Shown: positions 22,362 through 34,008 of the stretch, piece after piece
Layout: each line of letters starts with the position of its first letter
Position numbering within the stretch: the first letter of the stretch is position 1
DNA from: Rhynchopus sp. YZ270_cl-10
Taxonomy: Eukaryota
NCBI GenBank assembly: GCA_964035575.1
Contig: OZ037835.1
Span: forward strand, 1,984,001 to 2,048,000
Direction: 5' to 3'
Length of the DNA: 64,000 nt
Translations under genes and position numbers: made by a program
The notes under the pieces: model-generated
The model's input: only the letters and a program-made list of their open reading frames with translations
What the model was told of the DNA's origin: nothing
The model's database searches: none

Positions 22362-23707
22362 GGAGGCTGCCAGGAACGGCGACACGACTGCCGTGCGGGC
22401 GTTCCTTGAGAAGTTGAACCCAGACAGAAAGAAAGTGGCCTTCGATGCTGCACGAGGCATGCAGAGGGAACCACGATGAATGCCTCACACTGCTTCTTCC
22501 GTATGTTGAGACAACGCAGATGGGCTTTGGGATCCTGCTGAGTGAGTGTGTCCACGCAGACCACGTTGCGTTCACGGAGGTCCTCTTGCAGCATTGGAAG
22601 TCCGCCTGCAACAACGTGGCGTTTGTCCCCGAAGATCCCACGCGCAGAGCAAAGAAGTCAGCGTATGACGCCTATATGGACTGTCCGGCCATGTGGTCAG
22701 ACCCTGCAGTGTGTCGTGTCTTGATTGATGCAGGGGCAGACTTACAGACAAAAAACGAGAAGCGACTTTCACCTCTGCACTATGCTTGCAAAAGAGCACC
22801 ACTTAACGTTGTGAAGATGTTGGTTGAAGCAGGTGCGGGAGTGCGTGCCACAAATGACGAAGACTGCACGTGTCTTCACATTCCGGCAGAATATGCAGAC
22901 ACCGAAATTGTGCGTTATCTTGTGGGCTTGCCAGATGTGGGACTAAATGACCGACAGGCGAACAACTACACTGCGTTGCACTTAGCAGTGGAGAGTGAGG
23001 ATACAGACGTAGTGCAGGTGCTGATTGATGCAGGTGCAGACCTCGACACACAGATCGACGACGGAAGTCCGCCTCTGGATGACGCTTCTGGACAACCTTC
23101 GCCTCTGCACTCTGCTTGCTACTTTGGAGAACTCGAAGTTGTGAAGATGTTTATCAGAGCAGGTGTGGGAGTGTGTGCCACACGCGACGGAGGGGACACG
23201 TGTCTTACAGTGGCGGCGTCGCAGGGACACACCGAGACTGTGCGCTACCTATTGTGCCTGCCAGAGGTGGATGTGAACCGACGGGCGAACAACTGCTCTG
23301 CGTTGCACTTAGCAGTTTTTGAGAAGTACGCAGAATTGGTGCAGGTGCTGAGTGAAGCAGGTGCAGACATCGACACACAGAACGACTACGGATGTTCACC
23401 TCTGCACTCTGCTTGTAGATCAGGAGCACTTGACTTTGTGAAGATTTTGGTCAGAGCAGGTGCGGGAGTGCGTGCCACAGACGACGAAGGATGCACGTGT
23501 CTTATGCTTGCGGCACGTTGTGGACACACCGAGACTGTTCGCTATCTTGTGGGGTTGCCAGAGCTGGATGTGAATCACCGAGATGCTGAGAACCACACTG
23601 CGTTGCACTTAGCGGTGATTCAGAACCACAAAGACGTTTTACAGTTGCTGATTGATGTGTTGTACTTGGAACTTGAGGCCGAAAAATCCCGTACCTCGCG
23701 AATGTGA
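22362..23707 (+). pseudogene. Ankyrin copy 6, 5'-truncated; possible 420-aa product from a new ATG at 22445
   Basis: The family start and NLS are missing. A 2-bp deletion (GATGCTGCACGAG vs GATGCTGCGCACGAG) puts the ATG at 22445 in frame with the rest; tail LELEAEKSRTSRM. Confidence 0.8.
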
Positions 23708-24168
23708 CCTCCCAGCTGTGTGTTAGCTGCGTTGGAGGTGGTGTGGTGTTTCAGTTGCAAGGTGGCACAGGACGAGAGGCTTTCATCTTACAAAGGATTC
23801 TTCTTCATCTGGACGACGTGCTTTAGTTCACTACGTTTGTGCCCCTCTTTAATCGGAAAGGCACGCTGAGGCGGTCTTCACTGCAGAATATGGAGTTGTG
23901 TATCAGATGCAATCAACAAAAGAGCAAACGACGAATTAAGACACAAGGCGTGGGTTGGTCCTTATACAGCTTCCCCACCCCCTCCCTGAAGCCCTTAAGT
24001 AACTTAAAATTTCCTTTCCCCCTCTCCCCCAGTAGACCCAAAACCCTGTTTGTAGAATACGGCAACCCCCTCCACGTGTACGTTTTTGTCATTGCGTTCT
24101 GCATATTTGTTCGAAGAAGCCGTCCACCAGCCAACACAACAGGCACAACAACAATACACAAACACACG

Positions 24169-25611
24169 ATGCCGAAGCGACACGCAGACAGCACGCAGGA
24201 CGAGAACCCACGAAAGAGAAGACAGACTTCTGCAGACGAGGCCTTCGTGGAGGCTGCCAGGAACGGCGACACGACTTCCGTGCGGGCGTTCCTTGAGAAA
24301 TTCAACCCAGACAGAAAGAAAGTGTCCTTCGATGCTGTGCACGAGGCATGCAGAGGGAACCACGATGAATGCCTCACACTGCTTCTTCCGTATGTTGAGA
24401 CAACGCAGATGGGCTTTGGGATCCTGCTGAGTGAGTGTGTCCACGCAGACCACGTTGCGTGCACGGAGGTCCTCTTGCAGCATTGGAAGTCCGTCTGCAA
24501 AAACGTGGCGTTTGTCAGGCACGAGTCCCAACACAGCGCAGGTCAGTCAGCGAGTATCTTTCCGGCCATGTGGTCAGACCCTGCAGTGTGTCGTGTCTTG
24601 ATTAATGCAGGGGCAGACTTACATACAAAAAACGAGATGCGAGTTTCGCCTCTGCACTATGCTTGCGCTTCAGGAGCACTTGACGTTGTGAAGATGTTGG
24701 TTGAAGCAGGTGCGGGAGTGCGTACCACTATAAAGGACGAAGAGTACACGTGTCTTGACTTTGCGGCAAATCATGGACACACCGAGACTGTGCGCTATCT
24801 TGTGGGCTTGCCAGATGTGGATGTGAATCACCGAAATGCTGCCAACTACACTGCGTTGTACTATGCGGTGGAGGATAAGCACACAGACGTGGTGCAGGTG
24901 CTGATTGATGCAGGTGCAGACATAGAGACAAAGAACAACGACGGAAATTCGCCTCTGCACGTTGCTTGTGTATCAGGATCACTTGACATGGTGAAGATGT
25001 TGGTCAGAGCAGGTGCGGGAGTGCGTGTCACAAATAATACATACGACACGTGTCTTATCCAAACGGCATGTTTTGGGGACATCGAGACTGTGCGCTATCT
25101 TGTGACCTTGCCAGAAGTTGATGTGAATCACCGTGGGTGTGGCAACTACGCTACGTTGCACTACCCTGTGATGAATGAGGAAACAGACATGATGCAGGTG
25201 CTGATTGATGCAGGTGCAGACGTCGACACACAGAGGAACGACGGATATACGCCTCTGCACTCTGCTTGCGCTGAAGGATCACTTGACGTTGTGAATATGT
25301 TGGTTGAAGCAGGTGCGGGAGTGCGCGTCACTGACAATGATGGGTGCACGTGTCTTATCCGTGCGGCACGTTGTGGACACACCGAGACTGTGCGCTATCT
25401 TGTGGGCTTGCCAGATGTGGAACTGAATCACCGTGACACTGTTAAGAACTACACTGCGTTGCAGTATGCGGTGGAGGAAAAGCACACAGACGTTGCACAG
25501 GTGCTGCTTGATGCATTGTACTTGCAGCTTGAACAACAACAGCAACAACAGGCCGTGCTCCTGAGGCTCCTGGAGAAGGAGAAGCAACGCTCGCAGCAGC
25601 GGCAGCAGTGA
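24169..25611 (+). CDS. Ankyrin-repeat protein copy 7 (480 aa, 3 modules, polyQ tail)
   Basis: Open frame from the family ATG to the family stop. Confidence 0.93.
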   Translation: MPKRHADSTQDENPRKRRQTSADEAFVEAARNGDTTSVRAFLEKFNPDRKKVSFDAVHEACRGNHDECLTLLLPYVETTQMGFGILLSECVHADHVACTEVLLQHWKSVCKNVAFVRHESQHSAGQSASIFPAMWSDPAVCRVLINAGADLHTKNEMRVSPLHYACASGALDVVKMLVEAGAGVRTTIKDEEYTCLDFAANHGHTETVRYLVGLPDVDVNHRNAANYTALYYAVEDKHTDVVQVLIDAGADIETKNNDGNSPLHVACVSGSLDMVKMLVRAGAGVRVTNNTYDTCLIQTACFGDIETVRYLVTLPEVDVNHRGCGNYATLHYPVMNEETDMMQVLIDAGADVDTQRNDGYTPLHSACAEGSLDVVNMLVEAGAGVRVTDNDGCTCLIRAARCGHTETVRYLVGLPDVELNHRDTVKNYTALQYAVEEKHTDVAQVLLDALYLQLEQQQQQQAVLLRLLEKEKQRSQQRQQ

Positions 25612-27453
25612 CCGTGCTGCCCCCGCCTCCCCTCTGCCCACTGCAGTGCACCCGCACACACCGCTCCCGAGCACTCTGGTGATGTGTGTGTACACAACAG
25701 TACGCAGCAAAGTCCCGGCTCTCCAAGGTCTTGTCTAAGATGAGAACCGCCACTGATGTTCGGCCCGCCCTTTTGTTCGGCGGTACCTTTGTCATCTGTG
25801 GCGGTATCTTAACCCTAGGTAAGGGTCTGGTTCAGGTGGGTAGGGGGATCAGTTCCCACGTAAAAAGTGAGGATGCTGCAGAATGTTCCTCTCCCCCACT
25901 ACATGAGCACACTCGATGAGACATTTGGTCTGGGAGGGTTTGGGGTTTGGGGTTTTCTTTGAGTTCAATATTGTTGAATGTGCACTGTCTGAGGAAGCGT
26001 TCCAACTTTTCAATCTCTCCCCTCATTTTTCCGTTTGCCACTTTTCCTACCCCCCGTTTGTAGAATCAACAGAGCGTACGTCAAGAGTTTGATCTTGAAA
26101 CATCAGTAAGCATGGTCCCCAGGTGCCTAAAATACTCATCATAACGAAGTGAATGAAAAGTTACCTGAATTTAAGTCGTGCCTAAGAAAAGAACCGCCAT
26201 CGACTTCTGATCCGTCACTTTGTCGGCGGGACTTTTGCAGGTTTTCGAAAGACGATGCAAATGGTGGCGGAAAATGAACGAATATTTGACAAGAGAACAG
26301 AGTAAAAAAGGCATAAAAAATAACAACAATTTCCTTCCCACCCCCTCCCTGAAGCCCTTTCCTTTCCCCCTCTCCCCCAGTAGACCCAAAACCCTGTTTG
26401 TAGAATACGGCAACCCCCTCCACGTGTATGTTTTTTATTAGGACAAATACTTTGTACATGCGTATGACGTGGGTAGCGTACCAACTAAACAAAAGATGAA
26501 AGGGGTTTTTATTATTTGTCATTGCGTTCTGCACATTCCTTCTGCAAAGAAGCTGTCCACTGAATACCGTATCAACAACCCATCGCTATCACTCTGCACC
26601 TGCGGAATCGCCTGCAGTACAACACTCCCCACAGGGGTTTTATAGCTTCCTTCGCACTCCCCACCCCCTCCCTGAAGCCCTTTCCTTTCCCCCTCTCCCC
26701 CAGTAGACCCGAAACCCTGTTTGTAAACGGTGAGTAATACCGTGCAGTAGCACCCCCGCAAAGTGGTGATTGAGATCATACAGTGTGGAGCTCATCTTCG
26801 GGGGAGGGGTACAGGATAATGTGATCAGGGCTTTTTAAAATAGGAGGGGGAGGAAAACAGCGTTTTAGTAGAAATCTTGGGTAATCCAAGTGACCCTAAC
26901 AGTATGTTTTTGCCATTGCTTTCTGCGTATTCAAAGATGCCGTCCACCAACAGACACTCTTTTCCACCATTGTGTTTCAAAAGTGCTCTGGGGTGAGGAA
27001 GCGTTCCAACTCTTTAACCTCTCCCCCACCTTTTCCCGCGATTTTTACCCCCCCGGTTTTTTAGAATCAACAGAGAGTTACGTTGAGACCTCAAATAGCC
27101 TTGCTTTGCACTCTCCTCAATTCTGTCTCAATCTCTGTTGCCTTTTAAACAGAAGTGGAACCTTATGACTGACGTGAGCGCGGTTACTGGTGTGGGTGAT
27201 GAGGTGTTGTGTTGAGGACACCTGTGCACTTGATGCTGTGCGATAACGGTGACCAAGCACGAGAGGCGTGAGGTTCATCTTCCATATTTCTTTCCGGTAC
27301 AACCGGTCACATACAACTTACACTGTCACAAGCGGGCTGTTGTATTTCAAACTTAAGGTAACAATCACTGTGCTGCATTAACTCTCCTCACCCACAACTT
27401 CTGCACAAAATGAAACCAACACAACAGGCACAACAACAAAACACAAACACACA

Positions 27454-28986
27454 ATGCCGAAGCGACACGCAGACAGCACGCAGGACGAGAACCCACCAAA
27501 GAGAAGACAGCTTTCTGCAGACAAGGCCTTCGTGGAGGCTGCCAGGAACGGCGACACGACTGCCGTGCGGGCGTTCCTTGAGAAGTTCAACCCAGATGGA
27601 AAGAAAGTGTCCTTCGATGCTGCGCACGAGGCATGCAGAGGGAACCACGATGAATGCCTCACACTGCTTCTTCCGTATGTTGAGACAACGCAGATGGGCT
27701 TTGGGATTCTGCTGAGTGAGTGTGTCCACGCAGGCCACGTTGCGTGCACGGAGGTCCTCTTGCAGCATTGGAAGTCCGTCTGCAACAACGTGGCGTTTGT
27801 CAGGCACGAATCCAAACACAGTGCTGATGCGTATGATGACTGTCCGGCCATGTGGTCAGACCCTGCAGTGTGTCGTGTCTTGATTGATGCAGGGGCAGAC
27901 GTAAATACAAAGGAGGAGTACGGAAGTTCGCCTTTGCACTCTGCTTCTGAATCAGGATCACTTGACGTTGTGAAGATGTTGGTTGAAGCAGGTGCGGAAG
28001 TGCGTGCCACAGATGAAGATGGAGACACGTGTCTTATCCGTGCGGCATGTTCTGGACACATCGAGATTGTGCGCTATCTTGTGGGCTTGCTTCAGGTTGA
28101 AGTGAACCACCAAAACGATGAAGGCTTCACTGCGTTGCACTATCCTGTGGAGCACACAGACGTGATGCAGGTGTTGATTGATGCAGGTGCAGACATCGAC
28201 ACAAAGAACAATGACGGACGTTCGCCTCTGCAGTGGGCTTGCCTGACTGGAGAACTCGAAGTTGTGAAGATGTTTATCAGAGCAGGTGCGGGGGTGTGCG
28301 TCACAGACGTGGCAGGATGCGACTGTCTTGCGCATGCGACGTATAAAGGACACAGCGAGATTGTGCGCTATCTTTTGTGCTTGCCAGAGGTGGATGTGAA
28401 TCACCGAAATGCTGCCAACAACACTGCGTTGGTGTTTTGGAAGCATGCAGACGTGGTGCAGGTGCTGATTGATGCAGGTGCAGACATTGAAATGAATGAT
28501 AACGACGGACGTTCGCCTCTCCATACTGCTTGCCTGACTGGAGAACTCGAAGTTGTGAAGATGTTGGTCAGAGCAGGCGCGGGAGTGCGTGCCACAGATA
28601 ATGATGGATGCACGTGTCTTATGCTTGCGGCGTGGTTTGGACGCACCGAGACTGTGCGCTATCTTGTGGGAGTGCCAGAGGTGGATGTGAATTTCCAGTC
28701 AGCAGCAGATGCTTACAACCACACTGCGTTGCACTTAGCTGCGAATATGAAGCACACAGATGCGGTGCAGGTGCTGATTGATGCAGGTGCAGACATTGAC
28801 ACAAAGAACAACGAGGGACGTTCACCTCTGCACTCTGCTTGCGCTTCAGGATCACTTGACGTTGTGAAGATCTTGGTCAGAGCAGGTGCGGGAGTGCGTG
28901 TCGCAGACGATGCAGGTGCGCAGGTGCTGATTGATGTATTGTACTTGGAGCTTGAGGCAGCAAACTCTCGTGCCTCGCGAATGTGA
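27454..28986 (+). CDS. Ankyrin-repeat protein copy 8 (510 aa, last module deleted in frame, LELEA tail)
   Basis: Open frame; the join GVRVADDAGAQVLIDVLYLELEAANSRASRM skips most of the last module. Confidence 0.9.
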   Translation: MPKRHADSTQDENPPKRRQLSADKAFVEAARNGDTTAVRAFLEKFNPDGKKVSFDAAHEACRGNHDECLTLLLPYVETTQMGFGILLSECVHAGHVACTEVLLQHWKSVCNNVAFVRHESKHSADAYDDCPAMWSDPAVCRVLIDAGADVNTKEEYGSSPLHSASESGSLDVVKMLVEAGAEVRATDEDGDTCLIRAACSGHIEIVRYLVGLLQVEVNHQNDEGFTALHYPVEHTDVMQVLIDAGADIDTKNNDGRSPLQWACLTGELEVVKMFIRAGAGVCVTDVAGCDCLAHATYKGHSEIVRYLLCLPEVDVNHRNAANNTALVFWKHADVVQVLIDAGADIEMNDNDGRSPLHTACLTGELEVVKMLVRAGAGVRATDNDGCTCLMLAAWFGRTETVRYLVGVPEVDVNFQSAADAYNHTALHLAANMKHTDAVQVLIDAGADIDTKNNEGRSPLHSACASGSLDVVKILVRAGAGVRVADDAGAQVLIDVLYLELEAANSRASRM

Positions 28987-29727
28987 CCTCCCAGCTGTGT
29001 GTTAGCTGCGTTGGAGGTGGTGGGGTGTTTCAGTTGCAAGGTGGCACAGGACGAGAGGCTTTCATCTTACGAAGGATTCTTCTTCATCTGGACGACGTGC
29101 TTTAGTTCACTGCGTTTGTGCCCCTTTTTTATCGGAAAGAAGCAGTGCACCTAGCCACTCTTGAAATCCATATCTTCTCTGCAGAAGCCCTGCATTTAGA
29201 GCGTTTCAAAGGAGCTTTTGAAGCGGCCCAGACCCACATCATAAGGCTTGCGTTATGAGTGGGAAGGGGCAAGATGGAGAAGGGGGGGCACCACAGAGTC
29301 AATGGATGCAAGGTTGGATGAAGCATACTCAGTCGGAAGAGGTTTTTATTTTTGCTTTCTCGCAAGCGCCACTGCCACACACCAAGCAGAGGGCATGACC
29401 GTAGGAAAGGCACGCTGAGGCGGTCTTCACTGCTGAATGTGAAGTTGTGTATCAGATCAGCAAAACAGCAAACGATGAATAAAGACACAAGGCGTGGGTT
29501 AGGCCTAAAACAGCTTCCTTCGCACTCCCCACCCCCTCCCTGAAGCCCTTTCCTTTCCCCCTCCCCCAGTCCCCTCCACGTGTACGTTTTTGTCATTGCG
29601 TTCTGCACATTCCTTCTGCAAAGAAGCTGTCCACTGAATACCGTATCAACAACCCATCGCTATCACTCTGCACCTGCGGAATCGCCCCAAAAAAACAACA
29701 GACACAACAACAATACACAAACACACA

Positions 29728-31182
29728 ATGCCGAAGCGACACGCAGACAGCACGCAGGACAAGAACCCACGAAAGAGAAGACAGCTTTCTGCAGACAAGG
29801 ACTTCGTGGAGGCTGCCAGGAACGGCGACACGACTGCCGTGCGGGCGTTCCTTGAGAAGTTCAACCCAGACAGAAAGAAAGTGGCCTTCGATGCTGCGCA
29901 CGAGGCATGCAGAGGGAACCACGATGAATGCCTCACACTGCTTCTTCCGTATGTTGAGACAACGCAGATGGGCTTTGGGATTCTGCTGAGTGAGTGTGTC
30001 CACGCAGACCACGTTGCGTGCACGGAGGTCCTCTTGCAGCATTGGAAGTCCGTCTGCAAGAACGTGGCGTTTGTCCCTCGCGAGTCCATACACAGCACAG
30101 GTCAGTCATCGGGTGTCTTTCCGGCCATGTGGTCAGACCCTGCAGTGTGTCGTGTCTTGATTGATGCAGGGGCAGACTTACATATCAAGAACGAGATGCG
30201 ACTTTTGCCTCTGCACACTCCATGCGCTTCAGGAGCACTTGACGTTGTGAAGATGTTGGTTGAAGCAGGTGCGAGAGTGCGTGCCGCAGACGATGAAAGG
30301 CACACGTGTCTTATCACTGCGGCATGTCGTGGACACACCGACATTGTGCGCTATCTTGTGGGCTTGCCAGAGGTGGATGTGAATCACCAGTATGACGACT
30401 GCACTGTGTTGCACTTTGCGGTGCGGCACACAGACATGGTTCATGTGCTGATTGATGAAGGTGCAGACGTCGACGCACAGGACAACGAGGGAAGTTCGCC
30501 TCTGCACTATGCTTGTGAATTAGGAGTACTTCCTGTTGTGAAGATATTGGTCAGAGCAGGTGCGGGAGTGCGTGCCACAGACAATGATGGATGCACGTGT
30601 CTTCACACTGCGACATGTTCTGGGGAGACCGAGATTGTGCGCTATCTTTTGGGCTTGCCAGAAGTTGATGTGAATCACCGCGGGGCTGACAACTACACTG
30701 CGTTGCAGTATGCTGTGGTCAATGAGGAAACCGCCATCATGCAGGTGCTGATTGATGCAGGTGCAGACATCGACACACAGAGGAACGACGGATATACGCC
30801 TCTGCATTCTGCTTGCGTTTTCAGAGCACCTTACGTTGTGCTTGACATTGTTAAGATGTTGGTCCGAGCAGGTGCGGGAGTGCGTGCCACAGACAACGAA
30901 GGATGCACGTGTCTTATCCGTGCGGCACGTTGTGGACACACCGAGACTGTGCGCTATCTTGTGGGCTTGCCAGACGTGGATATGAACCACCGAGACACTG
31001 TTAAGAACTACACTGCCTTGCAGTATGCGGTGGAGGAAAATCAGAAAGAAGTTGCACAGGTGCTGATTGATGCATTGTACTTGCAGTTTGAACAGCAACA
31101 GCAAGAGCAGCAACAGCAACAGGCCGTGCTCCTGAGGCTCCTGGAGAAGGAGAAGCAACGCTCGCAGCAACGTCAGCAGTGA
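29728..31182 (+). CDS. Ankyrin-repeat protein copy 9 (484 aa, 3 modules, polyQ tail)
   Basis: Open frame from the family ATG to the family stop. Confidence 0.93.
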   Translation: MPKRHADSTQDKNPRKRRQLSADKDFVEAARNGDTTAVRAFLEKFNPDRKKVAFDAAHEACRGNHDECLTLLLPYVETTQMGFGILLSECVHADHVACTEVLLQHWKSVCKNVAFVPRESIHSTGQSSGVFPAMWSDPAVCRVLIDAGADLHIKNEMRLLPLHTPCASGALDVVKMLVEAGARVRAADDERHTCLITAACRGHTDIVRYLVGLPEVDVNHQYDDCTVLHFAVRHTDMVHVLIDEGADVDAQDNEGSSPLHYACELGVLPVVKILVRAGAGVRATDNDGCTCLHTATCSGETEIVRYLLGLPEVDVNHRGADNYTALQYAVVNEETAIMQVLIDAGADIDTQRNDGYTPLHSACVFRAPYVVLDIVKMLVRAGAGVRATDNEGCTCLIRAARCGHTETVRYLVGLPDVDMNHRDTVKNYTALQYAVEENQKEVAQVLIDALYLQFEQQQQEQQQQQAVLLRLLEKEKQRSQQRQQ

Positions 31183-31950
31183 CCGTGCTGCCGCCGCCTC
31201 CCCTCTGCCCGCTGCAGTGCACCCGCACACACCGCTCCCGAGCACTCTGGTGATGGGCGTGTCCTCAGCCTCTACACCACAGTACGTAGCAAAGTCCCGG
31301 CTCTCTTAGGTCTTGTCTAAGATGAGAACCGCCACTGATGTTCGTCCCGCCCTTTTGTTCGGCGGTACCTTTGTCATCTGTGGCGGTATCTTACCTTAGG
31401 TAAGGGTCTGGTTCAGGTGAGTAGGGAGATCTCATCGAAGCGCCATCGACTTCTTATCCATCATTTTGTCGGCGGGACTTTTGCTACTTCTTTAGCTACT
31501 GTAGTGCAACCAGGTTCGAAAGAAGATGGAAATGGTGTTGTGTTTCAAAAGTGTTCAAATACATCCCCTTTGTGTGCTCTGGGGTGAGGAAGCGTTCCAA
31601 CTCTTTAACCTCTCCCCCACCTTTTCCCGCGATTTTTACCCCCAGGTACTGATGTTTTCTATGTTGCAGGGTCACCCCTGAGTTGGTCCTGTGTTTAAAG
31701 CCGAACGTCATTTTTCAACCCAAACTTTGATCGTTTCTGTTCAGAACACGTGTCGGTAGCCGTCCACTGAATATCAATAGCCGATCGCTATCACTCTGCA
31801 CCTGCGGAATCGCCTGCAAAAACAAAGTGTCGTATTCCGTTCCCTCACAGGGTGTGTTGTATGTGTGTTCTTCGTCCTCTCTCCTCACCCACAACCTCTG
31901 CACAAAAAGAAACCAACACAAAAGACACAGAAACAATACACAAACACACA

Positions 31951-33327
31951 ATGCCGAAGCGACACGCAGACAGCACGCAGGACGAGAATCCACGAAAGAG
32001 AAGACAGCTTTCTGCAGACGAGGTCTTCGTGGAGGCTGCCAGGAACGGCGACACGACTGCCGTGCGGGCGTTCCTTGAGAAGTTCAACCCAGATGGAAAG
32101 AAAGTGTCCTTCGATGCTGCGCACGAGGCATGCAGAGGGAACCACGATGAATGCCTCACACTGCTTCTTCCGTATGTTGAGACAACGCAGATGGGCTTTG
32201 GGATCCTGCTGAGTGAGTGTGTCCACGCAGACCACGTTGCGTGCACGGAGGTCCTCTTGCAGCATTGGAAGTCTGTCTGCAACAAAGTGGCGTTTGTCAG
32301 GCACGAGTCCAAGCGCAACGCACGTAGGTCAGCGTATGCTTGTCCGGCCATGTGGTCAGACCCTGCAGTGTGTCGTGTCTTGATTGATGCAGGGGCAGAC
32401 TTACATACAAAAAACGAGATGCGACTTTCGCCTCTGCACTCTGCTTGCGATTCAGGAGCACTTGACGTTGTGAAGATGTTGGTTGAAGCAGGTGCGGGAG
32501 TGCGTGACACCTCAAATGACCAAGGGCACACGTGTCTTTTCCGTGCGGCACGCCAAAGACACACCGACATTGTTCGCTATCTTGTGGGCTTGCCTGAGGT
32601 GGATGTGAATCACCGAGACACTAGCAACCACACTGCGTTGCACTATGCGGTGGGGAACGAGGCAGACGTGCTGCAGGTGTTGATTGATGCAGGTGCAGAC
32701 ATCGACGCACAGAGCATCGTCGGTTATTCGTCTCTGCACTATGCTTGTGAATCAGGAGAACTTGACGTTGTGAAGATGTTGGTCAGAGCAGGTGCGGGAG
32801 TGCGTGCCACTGATGACGAAGGGTTCACGTGTCTTCACTTTGCGGTATGTCATGGACACACCGACATTGTGCGCTATCTTGTGGGCTTGCCAGAGGTGGA
32901 TGTGAATCACCAAAATGTTACCAATAACACTGCGTTGCACTACCCTGTGATGAATGAGGATACAGACATGATGCAGGTGCTGATTGATGCAGGTGCAGAC
33001 GTCGACACACAAAGGAACGACGGATATACGCCTCTGCATTCTGCTTGTGCTTCAGGATCACTTGATGTTGTGAAAATGTTGGTTGAAGCAGGTGCGGGAG
33101 TGCGTACCACAGCGAATGGTGGGTGCACGTGTCTTATCCTTGCGGCACGTTTTGGACACACCGAGACTGTGCGCTATCTTGTGGGCTTGCCAGAGGTGGA
33201 ACTGAATCACCGTGACACTATATATAACTACACTGCGTTGCAGTATGCAGTGGAAGAAGATCACAAAGACATTGCACAGGTGCTGCGTGACGTATTGTAC
33301 TTGCAGTTCGAACAGCATCACGTCTAA
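31951..33327 (+). CDS. Ankyrin-repeat protein copy 10 (458 aa, tail truncated by a deletion)
   Basis: Ends LYLQFEQHHV* and joins directly to the GTCTAA..AGAACCGCCACTG 3'-flank sequence that lies farther downstream in other copies. Confidence 0.88.
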   Translation: MPKRHADSTQDENPRKRRQLSADEVFVEAARNGDTTAVRAFLEKFNPDGKKVSFDAAHEACRGNHDECLTLLLPYVETTQMGFGILLSECVHADHVACTEVLLQHWKSVCNKVAFVRHESKRNARRSAYACPAMWSDPAVCRVLIDAGADLHTKNEMRLSPLHSACDSGALDVVKMLVEAGAGVRDTSNDQGHTCLFRAARQRHTDIVRYLVGLPEVDVNHRDTSNHTALHYAVGNEADVLQVLIDAGADIDAQSIVGYSSLHYACESGELDVVKMLVRAGAGVRATDDEGFTCLHFAVCHGHTDIVRYLVGLPEVDVNHQNVTNNTALHYPVMNEDTDMMQVLIDAGADVDTQRNDGYTPLHSACASGSLDVVKMLVEAGAGVRTTANGGCTCLILAARFGHTETVRYLVGLPEVELNHRDTIYNYTALQYAVEEDHKDIAQVLRDVLYLQFEQHHV

Positions 33328-34008
33328 AATAAGAACCGCCACTGATGTTCGGCCCGCCCTTTTGTTCGGTGGTACCTTTGTCATCTGTGGCGGTATCTTA
33401 ACCAGAGGTAAGGGTCTGGTTCAGTTGGGTAGGGGGATCAGTTCCCACGTAAAAAGTGAGGATGCTGCACAATGTTTTACTTTTTATGATTACATGCAAT
33501 GCTAAAAGGAAATTGAACACCGTACCCTACTCCCATCCTTTTTCCATTTTTTTAATCCGGGGCGGGTTGGAGTAGAGCCACATTTCACCGACAGGTCGAG
33601 GTGTGTGCGTTTCAGCACAACCTCTCCCCTCTGATCTGGGGTGAGGAAGACTTTTCCACCTCTTCAATCTCCGTGGTTACTGGTGTGGGTGATTAGGTGT
33701 TGTGTTGAGGAGACCAACAATGGTGACTAAGCACGAGAGGCGTGAGGTTCATCTTATAAACATTTTCCTTCAGATCTTAACCTCTAAATGGGTGTAGGAC
33801 TGCATGGTTGGGTCCAGCCTGGTACACTGTCACGAGTGGTTTGTTGTATTTCAAGTCAATTTCTGTTTGAGGAGACAAGACACATGGGATCACGGTGTGA
33901 CACGCTGATGCGGTCTTCACTGCAGAATGTGAAGTTGTTCATCAGATGCGATCTGCAAAACAGCAAACGACGAATAAAAGACACAAGGCGTGGGTTAGGC
34001 CTAAAACA

